Of a DNA stretch of 64,000 nt, positions 10,188-59,222 are shown piece by piece. The DNA is from Lama guanicoe (lineage: Eukaryota), in the NCBI GenBank assembly GCA_013239625.1, contig MU053934.1, positions 2,312,399-2,376,398 of the forward strand, given 5' to 3'. The first letter of the stretch is position 1. Each line of letters starts with the position of its first letter. A program made the translations under genes and the position numbers. A model generated the notes under the pieces. It had not been told where the DNA came from. It ran no database searches and saw only the letters and a program-made list of their open reading frames with translations.

Positions 10188-13100
10188 CCCTGAGCTCACC
10201 TCCTCTCACGAGCATGGCAGTCACACATACCTACAGAGCAACCATCAGTGAAAAAGACTGCCGCCTACCAGAGAGGCTCTCCCACAACTAAAGACGGAAG
10301 GAACCACAACGGGATGGGTAGGAGGCGTGGACTCCCGATATAATCAAATCCATACCCTCCAGGTGGGCAGCCCACAAACTGGAGAATAATTATATTGCAG
10401 AGGGTCTCCCACAGGAGTAACACTCTGAAGCCCACCTTGGGCTACCCAGCCTGGAGGTTCCACACCTGGGAGACAAGTCCCCAGAGCACTTGGCTTTGAA
10501 GGCCAGTGGGGCTGAACTGCAGGAACCCCGCAGGGCTGGGGGAGATAGAGACTTCACTCTTAAAGGGCCACACGGAACCTCATATGCACTGGGACCAGGG
10601 CAAAAGCAGTCATTTGATAGGAGCCTGGGCTAGACCTACCTGCTGGTCTTGGAGGGTCTCCTGGAGGAGCGGGGGCTGTTTGTGGCTCATCCTGGGGACA
10701 TGGACACTGGTGGCATATTGGGGAACATTCAGCTATGTGAACAATATCTTGGTTCATTAGCACCAGGCCCTACTCAGCACCACCCGACAGCCTGCAGGCA
10801 CCAGTGCTGGGACACCTCAGGCCGAACAACTAACTGGGAGGGGACACAGCCCCACCGAGCAGCACACAGGCTATCTAAAGGCTCCCTAGACGCTGCTCAC
10901 CATAGGGCCAAGACCCAGACTCACTTGCCAGAAAGCAGGCACCAGCCTCTCCCCTCTAGAGCAGCCTCACCCACCAAGAGGGCAGACACCAGAAGCAATA
11001 AAAATACGATCCTGCAATTAGGCCAAACGCTGCCCTGGGACCTCTTGGCCCTGGCCCTGCTCACTAGCAAGTCAACACAGCCTTCGGGACACCCTGGACC
11101 CCATACCCAGCTAGCTCAGGATCTGCCCTCAACTTACGATCCAAAATGAGCTTGGGATCTCCCTGAGCCCTGCAGCCAGACTCCAGGAACCAGCTCTGAC
11201 TGCCAACAAACTGGCACTAACCTCAGGATCCCGCTTCACCTGCCAGTGAGTGGGAAACAGCCCCAGAGTCTTCAGGACCCTGAATCTGCTCACCAGTGAG
11301 CCCCCACTAGCCCTGGGCACCCCTAGAGTTCCCCAAACAGGCCCCTTGTGACCGGGCCCCACAATACAGTAAGCCAGCAGCATCTACACAAAGCAGGATC
11401 TGGCATCCAACCAGGCTAAGGGCCAACCCAGTTACAAGACCACACACATAGCCCACCACAATAGAAGGACCCAGGCAGCCCCCTTAGGGGGACCCCTAGA
11501 GCATACAGCTTGGGTGACGGCAGGGGAGTGCACTGCTAGGACGCCTAAGATGTCTCCTTGAGGGTGCCACTTCTCCAAGGTCGAGAAACATAAGTAACCT
11601 GCCACATCCATAAAATACAAAAAGCAACTTACACAACATGAGGCAACAGAAGAATATGTTACAAAGGAACAAGATAAAACCCCAAAGGAAGAACTAAGTG
11701 GAGATAAGCAGGCTGCCTGAGAAAAGAGTTCAGAGTAATGATTGTAGAAATGACCAAAGAACTAGCAAGGAGAACGGATGCATCAAACAAGAAGTTAGAA
11801 GTTTTTAACAAAGATTTAGAAAATATAAAGAACCAAATGGAGATAAAGAGTACAATAATTGAAACGAAAAATACACTAGAAGGAATCAACAGTAGACTAA
11901 ATGACACAGAAGAATGGATCTGCGAGCTGGAAGACAAAGTAGTGAAAATCACTACCACAGGACAGAAAAAAGAATGAAAAGAGATGAGGACCATTTAAGA
12001 GACCTCTGGGACAACATCAAAGGCACAAATATTCACATTATAGAGGTCTCAGAAGGAGAAGAGAGAAAAAAGTCCTGAGAAAATACTTGAAGAGATAATA
12101 CCTAAAAACTTCCCTAATCTGGGAAAGGAAACAGTCACCCAAGTCCAGGAAATGCAGAGTCCGATATAGGATTAACCCTACGATTAATACACCAAGACAC
12201 ATTGTAACTACAATGACAAAAATTAAAGATAAAGAGAGAATATTAAAAGCAACAAACACACATAAGGGAACTCCCATAAGATTATCAGCTGATTTTTCAG
12301 CAGAAACTCTGTGGACCAGAAGGGAGTGGCATGACTTATTTTAAGTTATGAAAGGGAAAAACTTACAAAAAAAAAAATACTGTATCCAGCAAGGCTCTCA
12401 TTCAGATTTGATGAGAGATCAAAAGCTTCACAGATAAGCAAAAGCTAAAAGAATCCAGCACCACAAAACCAGCTTTATAACAAATATTAAAGGAACTTCT
12501 CTAGGCAAAAAAGAGAAGGCCACAACTAGAAACAAGAAAGTTATGAAATGAAAAAGCTCACCAGTAAAGGCAAACATACCGTAAAGGTGGGAAATCACAA
12601 ACAAAACTAGTAGTGGGGTTAAAAGATAAAAATAGTAAAATCACCTGTGTCCACAGTAAGCAGTTAAGGGATACACAAATCAATTAGATGTAAAATATGA
12701 TGTGAAAACGTAGTCATGAAGGGAGGAAAGTACAAATGCAGGGTATTTAAAGTGCATTTGAAATTGAGAGACCAGCAACTTAGAGCAATCACATAGAGAG
12801 AGAGAGACAGAGACAGAGAGAGTCAGAGACTGCTGCACCAAAACCTGATGGTAACTGCAAACCAAAAATCTCTAATAGGTACACACAAAAAGAAAAAGGA
12901 ATCCAAGTATGACACTAAAGATAATCATCAAATCGCAAAAGAACAGAAGAAGAAAGGGGAAAAAAGAGACATATAAAAACAAATCCAAGACACCAAAATG
13001 GCAATAAGAACACACGTATCAATAATTACCTTAAATGTAAACAGACTACTACAACCAAAAGACACAGCCTGGCTGAATGGATACAGAAATAAGACGTATA

Positions 13101-14842
13101 TATGCTCCCTACAAGACTCACTTCAGCTCTAGACACACATGCAGACTGAAAGTGAGAGGATGGCAAAAGGTATTCCGTGCAAATGGAAATCAAAAGAAAG
13201 CCAGAGTAGCAATATTTAAATCAGTCAAAATGCACTTTAAAAATAAAGTGTATTACAAGAGACATGGACACTACATAATGATCAAGTTATCAATCCAAGA
13301 GGAGATAATAACTGTAAACATATATGCACCCAACAAAGGAGCCCTTCAATATATAAGGCAAATATTAAGACACAAAAGGAGAAACCAACAGTAACATAAT
13401 AAGTGTCATTAACAACTCCACTTACGTAAATGGACAGATCATCCAGAGAGAAAATCAATACGGAAACACAGGCCTTAAATAACACATTAGATCAAATGCA
13501 CTTAATTGACAGAACGCTCCATCTGAAAGCAGCACAATACACATTCTTTCCAAGTGCATGTGGAACATTCGGCAGGATAGATCACATGCTTGGCCACAAA
13601 ATGAGCCTCAGTAAATTTAAGGAAATTGAAATCACATCAAGCATCTTTTCCAACCACAACACTATGAAACTAGGAATCAACTACAAGGAAAAAACTGCAA
13701 AAAACCCCACAAACACATGGAGGCTAAACAATATGCTACTAACCAACCAATGGATCACTGAAGAAATCAAAGAGGAAATTTAAAAAAACAAACATGGAGA
13801 CAAATGAAAACACAATGATCTAAAACCTCTGGGACGCAGCAAAAGAAGTTCTAAGAGGGAAGTTTATAGCTAACAAGCCTACCTCAGGAAAAAAGAAAAA
13901 TCTCAAATAAATAACCTAACTTTACATCTCAAGCAACTAGAGACAGAAGAACTAACAAAACCTAAAGTTAGTAGAAGAAAAGAAATCATAATGGTGAGAG
14001 CAGAAATAAATGAAATAGAGACTGAAAAAAAAAAAGATCAATGAAACTAAAACTTGATTCTTTTAAAAGATAAATTGAGAAACATTTAGCAGACTCATCA
14101 AGGAAAAAAAAAGGAGGGCCCAAATTAATAAAATCAGAAATGAAAAAGGAAAAGTTACAACCAATACCACAAAAATGCAAAGGATCTTAAGTAACTACTG
14201 TGAGCAACTTATGCCAATAAAATGGACAACCTAGAAGAAATGGACAATTTCTTAGAAAGTTACAATCTCCCAAGACTGAACCAGGATGAAATAGAAAATA
14301 TGAATGGACCAATTACCAGGACCGAAACTGAATCAGTACTTTACAAACTCCCAGCAAAAGTCCAGGACCCGATGGCTTCACAGGTGATTTCTACCAAACA
14401 TTAAGAGAAGAATGAACACTTTTCCTTCTGAAACTATTCCAACATATTGCAGAGGAAGGAACAGGTCTGAACTCATTCTATGAGGCCACCATCACCCTGA
14501 TACTAAAGCAAACAAGGACATCACAAAAAGAGAAAATTACAGGCCAATATCACTGATAAACATAGATGCAAATATCCTCAACAAAATACTAGCAAACCGA
14601 ATCCAACAGGATCTTACACCAAGACCAAGTGTGATACACCACATTAATGAAATGAGGAATAACCATGTGATCATCTCAACAGATACAGAAAAAGCTCTTG
14701 ATAAAATTCAACATCCATTTATGATTTAAAAAAAAAAACAACTCTGCAGGAAGTGGGCATAAACAGAACATACTTCAACATTATACAAGCCATATATGAC
14801 AAACCCAGAGCTAACATCAAACTCAGTGGTGAAAGCTGAAAG
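10188..14842 (+). mobile_element. Degenerate LINE-1: nearly complete 5' UTR, ORF1, and ORF2 up to the RT domain; 3' end missing
   Basis: ORF1 fragment TLEGINSRLNDTEEWICELEDK (11738-11977). ORF2 fragments VNIYAPNKGA, MDRSSREKINTETQALNNTLDQ...FGRIDHMLGHK, MDNLEEMDNFLESYNLPRLNQDEIENMNGPI and [25 protein letters not shown]. The 5' UTR resembles that of the left L1. Ends abruptly at ...ggtgaaagctgaaag. Confidence 0.93.
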
Positions 14843-15135
14843 ACGTGTCCACAACCTGATCTCTGCGACCTGTGAATGGGCCTCATGTGGAGAAGGGTCT
14901 TTGCAAATCCTTTAAGGTAAACGTCTTGAGATGAGATCACCATGGACCATCTGGGTGGGCCCTAAATCCAGTTCCTTATGAGAGATGCACAGAGAGACAA
15001 CAGGGAGTAGCCATAGAAAGGCGGAGGCAGAGATTGGATGATGCAGCCACAAGCCAAGGAACGCCTGAAGCCACCACAAGCTGGGACAGGCAAGGAAGGG
15101 CTCCTCCCAGAGCCTCCAGGGAGGGTGGCTCCGTG
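14843..15135 (+). mobile_element. ERVL-MaLR MLT1-type LTR fragment
   Basis: acctgtgaat...gggtctttgcaaat...ttgagatgagatca...gggtgggccctaaatcca...gaggcagagattggatgatgcagccacaagccaaggaacgcc...aggcaaggaagggctcctcccagagcctccaggga is a typical MLT1 LTR. Confidence 0.8.
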
Positions 15136-15904
15136 GACAGGAAGTAGCCCCCAAGACCCCAGTGATGCCCCCACCTACTTCTCCCTTCATCTCCTGCTGC
15201 TCCCCTCCCAGGGGCTGAAGTGCCCCTGCTTGGAGGCCGGATGGGTCAGCTGCTGGAGGCCTGATGAGAGTCCTCTCTGGGGGCCTGCGGTTTCCCTAGC
15301 CAGTGTGGAAAGCCTTCTCCTCCCTTCCCTCCTGCTTGCAACTCAAGGGACATGTCTTCATTGCCCTTGAACTCCCAGGGCCTAGGGAGGGACCGGGTTT
15401 ATGCTAAGCCTTTGTTAAAAGAATGAAGAAATGAATGAACAAAAGCTTTGACAGTCCTCTGAAGAGCCCCTGCTCCAGCACCCACAGGCCTGGGTGCCAA
15501 CATCCCCATTCCCGCTTCCAGGGCAGCTGGGATGAACCTCCTCCACAGGGCAGGATTTGCCTCCTCTGATGTCTAAGGAAGTTCCTGGAAGCTAGCACCT
15601 GGGCATCCCCTCTCTATCCTCAGGACCAGCTCACTGTGGAACACACAGTAGGTGCTCAGTAATCGAAATGCACCAAGATTTATGAGATGCTCTTAGCATC
15701 TTCGAGTCTGGTCAGCCTCCCTTTCTGCACGACTGCCACCCGACTCTGAAGCCTGTGCCCCAGCCATGCTGCACTCCTGGAAGCTTCCAGAAGTTAGGCA
15801 AAGTAGGTGCCTGCTACAGAAGCAAAACACAGTCCATTCCAGATGACCCAGGTCCAGTCCCTCCTAGGCCACCTGCTCCCAGACAAACACTCCCAGGTAC
15901 ACGG

Positions 15905-17336
15905 CTCGTAGCACACGGTACTCTTTATTGTGACGCTCAGTGGAAAACATCTGTAAACCAGCTTACTGTAGTGGTGACAGCTGCAACCATGCTAAGGCAC
16001 TTTTATCATATAAAAAAAGGGCAGGGGTGGGAGTTCTGTTCACTCCTTCGTGACAGCAACCTGAATTCGGAGCTTTTTAGGCATATGTAGCTTTTATGTA
16101 TCTTCATGATTTGTTGAGAGTTGGTTTCCTTTAAAAGAAAAGGCCTTCTCTGCCATAAGTAAGTCTAAATGCAGCATATACAAAACAGTTAGGAATACAG
16201 GGAAATTCAGCAACCAGTGTAGACCAGTGTAGGATAAGCTACTCTCTTCTAGACACGGTTCCAAAGGAAAGGCAGTGATAAAGACTTGGAATTTTATCAT
16301 TTATTATAGGAAGAGGGAGAAAAGAAACTCTTTTTATTCCTTTTAAAAATACCTGCGCAGATGGCGGAGTTCTGAACTATACTGAGCCAACGGTGCCGGT
16401 CACTACCCGCGGCCCCGGTCCTGGCGTAGGGACGAGACCGCGTGGGAGGGCCTCTGGCCCTTTCTACTGTTCTGGCTGTCAGACTTGGGACGAGTCCCTT
16501 AACCATTAAATATATTTGGTCCCCAAGAGTGTTGGGAGAGGCCACTGCCGGCCTTTCCAGCTTGGCCCCAAGGCCCTGTCTGCTCGGCCCAGCAGCCCCG
16601 CTGTGGCGGAGGCGGGCTGCCCTCGGCAAAGGAGGGAAGGGGTCATCATTGCACTTGAGACGTTTCAGAATCAGGAGGCGGACGGGGCGCTGCCCAGCGG
16701 GGGTGGGGAGGAATGCCCCTCCTCGCCGCCCCAGCATCCTGTGCCCTGCACAGAGGTGGACCCCCTGGGCCTGCTCGTGCCGGACCACCCAGAGCCCCTG
16801 GGAGCCGGGGCCAGCGGGGCAGAGGGTGTGAGGTCACCGCGTGTGATTGCCAACAGCAAAGAAGGGAGAAGGAAGAGCTGGTGGAGGAGGCGGGGAAAGA
16901 GACGACTCTTCTGGGGTGTCGGGCTATCAAAACTCATTAGTCTGAAGAAAAATAGATTCGTAGAAAAGGCTCCTGCCCCTCCCTGGTGCCCTGCCCTCCT
17001 CGCCTCACCATCTTGTGCTTCTTGGCAAGAGAGGGCAGGAGAGCCTGCTGGTCGCTCTGTCCCCAGGCCGGGGGCCCAGGACCCTGATTCTTTGGTATCA
17101 GATTTTGGGGACAGTGGGGTGGAGGGGAACAGGAGGAGCTGCAGCAGAAGAAGCCAAACACCCTCAACAAGGCCTGGGGGGAAGGGCGGGGAGGCAAGGC
17201 CTGAGGTCCCCTGGCCTGGGGGCACGGGTGGGGTCACGGTCACAGCAGTCCCAAGAGGGTGGAGGGGGTGCTGCAGGGGCTGGGAAGGGGAGGCGGAGTT
17301 GGCGTCATCCGTCTCAGGCAGCAGGAGAAGAGGTTG
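15905..17336 (-). other. MYH9: MYH9 3' UTR (~1.4 kb)
   Basis: Lies between the TAA stop (17337-17339) and an AATAAA at 15924-15929 (minus strand); the end coordinate is approximate. Confidence 0.75.
15924..15929 (-). terminator. MYH9: MYH9 polyadenylation signal AATAAA
   Basis: Plus-strand tttatt; minus context gtcacAATAAAgagtacc, followed downstream by GT-rich sequence. Confidence 0.75.
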
Positions 17337-55552
<38,216 letters not shown>

Positions 55553-57602
55553 CTGAAACAAAGGAGACATCGAGTTAACCTCCAGCAGACATGAAGGCCT
55601 CCCTCTCCGGCCTCTGAAGAGCCACCCTTTGTCCCACCCCTTTCCCAGGAGCAGAAAGCCTGGCCCGCTGGCCTTGCTGGCTGCCCTCCACGCCGCTGAC
55701 ACCCGCTGACCCTGTGCCTCACTCGGAGGAGGGACACCCCTGGGCAGCGGCGCCACTAGGCAGCTGCTCCCTCCCCCAGGAGCTCCCCACCGCCCTCGCT
55801 GCCCACCCCGCCCCACAACACCAGACATAGTTCTGTCTCTCCACCTCCGAGAAAGCCAGTCTGGAAAGTTCCCAGGAGTCCACTCTACTAAGTGCTATGG
55901 TGGGGCCTGCCCTGTGTGTTTCTAACTGAGGGCTGAGGTTGTTAGAAGCAAGGCCTGTGGCAGGTGTTTTAAACACTGTCCCTGTTCGGGTAAGAGGCAC
56001 AGTAAGAGACAGGCGAGAGGTAGGGCAGACAAGGCTGGCTTTTCAGTGGGACCACCCTGGGGTAAGATGCTGCCTCCACACAGCCTTCCAGAGCCCCAGC
56101 CTCCTCCTGTGACGGGGTGGGGGTGACAGCACACGTGGCGATAACACGCATGAAAGCACTCACGTGCTGTCAAGCACGGGGAAAAATGCTCAGAGACGTT
56201 AGTTTAGAGGCAGCCTGGAAAGAAGAGAAGCTCATGAGAATTAGCTTCTGACCAGTTTCAGTGACAACTGGGTCTCTGGGCCTGGATGTCGGGAACTTTC
56301 GGTAACGATCTCAGCTCTGTGAACGGCTCCCAAATGTGGATGTAAACAGCCCACCCTCCTCGGGTCCCGGAGGAACAGCAGTAGTGCCCATCTTTGAAAG
56401 CCAAGTTTGACAGAAATGCTTTAAGACATTAGGGCTGACCTGGTTCAGGAGTGAGTGTGCAAGAACTGAAAATATATACTTGTTTTTCCCCGCTTTTAAT
56501 CTCCATCCCCACCCCCATCTCCTTGAGGTCAAGTCAGCCTGAATCCAGGCCAAGCTACTTGCTAACTAACATTTGGCTGCAGTGAGGGGTTTAATTTATC
56601 CATAAAGTAAACATGCCACTAACTCCCTGGCAGCATTAGTCTGAGAAACAGCAATAACATGAAATGGACCCAGCCTGGTACCCTGCAAGCAGAATGAAGT
56701 CCACAGATGGCTGCTACTGACTTCTCCATCATGACGTGACCGCGACGGGTGGTGGCACTGTCAGCGCAGCAGGAGTACAAGTTGAAGAGTGACAGAGGAG
56801 GAGCAGTATTATTAGCAGTAGGTACTGGTTAGCAACCAATGCTGGCCACCTGGAAGGACACCCTCACTGGCTCACCTGCCTAGCCTGGGCCCCGTAGGGC
56901 ATCGGGAGGGTGACCCATGGCCTCCCTGTGTGTACAGCCTCGGGAGACTGATTTAGCTGTTCAGCGTCAGCAGACACCACACAGCAAGGCCACCTGCCCC
57001 TCGGCGAGGGGAGCCTCCAGCACGCCTGATCTCAGCAGCCCTTGGGGCTGGGCATTTACGACCACTCATCTCCTGTCTTGGGAAGGAAAGAGGGAGTCTG
57101 GACAGGAAGGGGGGAAAAGAAACCTCATATTCAAGGTGCCCCTGCCCTCCCTCCAGCCCCTGAGAAATATCAACAGTGCGGGGACGCGGAGGGCACCCGG
57201 CCACTCACACGTGCAGCCCACGCCCTGCTTCCCACTGGGCAACGGCTCAGGGCAGCTCCAGAAGGGTGACCTTGCTCCCCCTCGTCTAGACTTTCCCACA
57301 GGACAGAGCCCTTGAAGGCTGCGCAGCAAGGGCTGAGCTAGACTCGGCCGAGTCTTGATAAGCCGGTAGGAAAGCAGAGGGGAGGGGGCGGCGGGGCTAA
57401 AGGCCAGGGAAGCCAAAGCAGCTTCCACCACCTGCCCTGATAAGGGTCTGGAACCAACGCAGCTGTGACTGGGGCCGGGCCCCCCCCCAACGCATGTTGG
57501 GCGGCCGGCCCAGCCGCGGGCAGGTCTAGTCACCGCTCCACAAGCGGGCAAGAATGTACCTGCGCAGCCCAGCAAGTCGGGAGGCTGCAGCTGCTGACGC
57601 TA

Positions 57603-59222
57603 CCATAAAAGGAAACGTTCCCGTCCCTCCCAGAGGGAACCGCTCTCCCAGGGCTGTCGAGGCCTGGTCCCTGGGATGGCTGGAATTCCTCTAATTGTGT
57701 GAGGAGGAGTCAGATACTGAGCGGCTGCTGAACAACAGGAAGCAGAGCCCCCAGACACACACGTGTGGGCACACACTCACAGGCACATCCGTGCACACTG
57801 ATGCACGTACACAGAGACGCCCACACACCCACGAGCCTGTACACACCTCAAATCCCAATTCCAGACCCAAACTCATCACAGAACCTCCATTCATCCCACC
57901 GTCTCCAGCTCTTCTACCCCTTTGACCTTTCACCTCCAATTCCTGAAGCCAAGTTACCACTGTCAACTCAGCCAAAAAGAAAACACTCCGATCCTTCCAT
58001 TTTTAAAAGAAATCTTAAAGAAACCTTGATTTGCTTTGCCGGAACACTCATTTGGGTAAACGCTTTTGCGGATGAAAACTGATGGGAGGCTTTTCTGATT
58101 TCTCCAACTCCTGCCCCCACACTTAGTGCCCCAAATCCACCTGCCCGCCACGAAGGACACTGAGGCTGCTAGAGCCCGTCTTTCCGATTCTTACGTAGGT
58201 TTGGGTCTGTTATTTCATGGCCTCGTGACAACCTTAGGAGGAAGACGAGGCAGGCACTGTCCCTGCTCTTGCACAAGCCTCCTCTCATTGCAGATCTGCT
58301 CTGTTCCGAGCTCACAAGCATCTCTTCTGGGTGGTGGGGTGGATGGAATTCTCAGCAGCCAGCCAGCTCTCTGCCTGACTCAGTTTCCTCTGCCAGACCC
58401 CTAGTGCATTCCAGTGAGGACCCTCCCCAACACTCCAGAAGCCCTGCCCACATGGTCATTTCACGGGACATGGACCCTTGAGAGTCCAGCCCACTCTATT
58501 GTTTGCTCAAGTCCTTTTATGGGCCTATGTGGACCGAAGGCTTATTTGAAAACGCCCTTCCTTCCTCCACACCAGAGGAGACAGACAGACGGAAGGACAG
58601 GAACCCAACAGCCCAGAACCAGGGGAGTACACCCACCATAAACAAGCCTGTTCTGGGAAACAGAACATCATCCCTGCAGGATGAAGACATTAGTCTCACT
58701 TAGGCCCCCAAACCCCTCCTGCCCTGGTCCTGACTCTGCTGAGATGGGGCAGAGACAGGATTATGAATCTCTGCAGCAGTTTTCGACTCTTTCAAAAGCA
58801 GTAGCAATCTTCCCTTTGATAAAATCTTCCTAAGTCCCCGGTAGGAAGAACAGGAGATAAAAATCAGAGTTGCTGGGGCAGGAGACAGGGTTCCCGGGAG
58901 CACATATGACGACCACTAGTCCATGTATTGGAACCACGGTGGAGAGAAGAAAGCCACTGGCTGGTGCTTGAGAGCCCCAGGCACGATCCTCACTCTGCAC
59001 ATCCCCTTTTATGAGAGGCCTGGCCCCTTAGCCTCTAGGGAATCAGAGTTGATGCTGGTATCCAAATGGACAGGTGTTTCCAGCCAGCCTGGAAGGCCCC
59101 GACGCAGGCGGGTGGTGGGGAGGCCTGACCGCAGGTATCTCAGCCCAGGTACAGGCTTCCATTAGGGGCCTTCTCGCTCACTTCCTCTGTGAGAGGAGCT
59201 GCTGATTCTTGTCCATAAAAGG
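57603..59222. promoter_or_regulatory. Candidate intronic enhancer with three perfect SRF CArG boxes
   Basis: CCATAAAAGG at 57603-57612 and 59213-59222; its reverse complement CCTTTTATGG at 58513-58522. Nearby ETS ACAGGAAGT (59262), AP-1 TGACTCA (59319) and GATA TGATAA (57356, 57438). Confidence 0.6.

Noticed and set aside
10188..14842. Possible active or domesticated L1 ORFs
   Set aside because: ORF1 and ORF2 are broken by numerous stops and frameshifts, and the RT is truncated. The same applies to the left L1.
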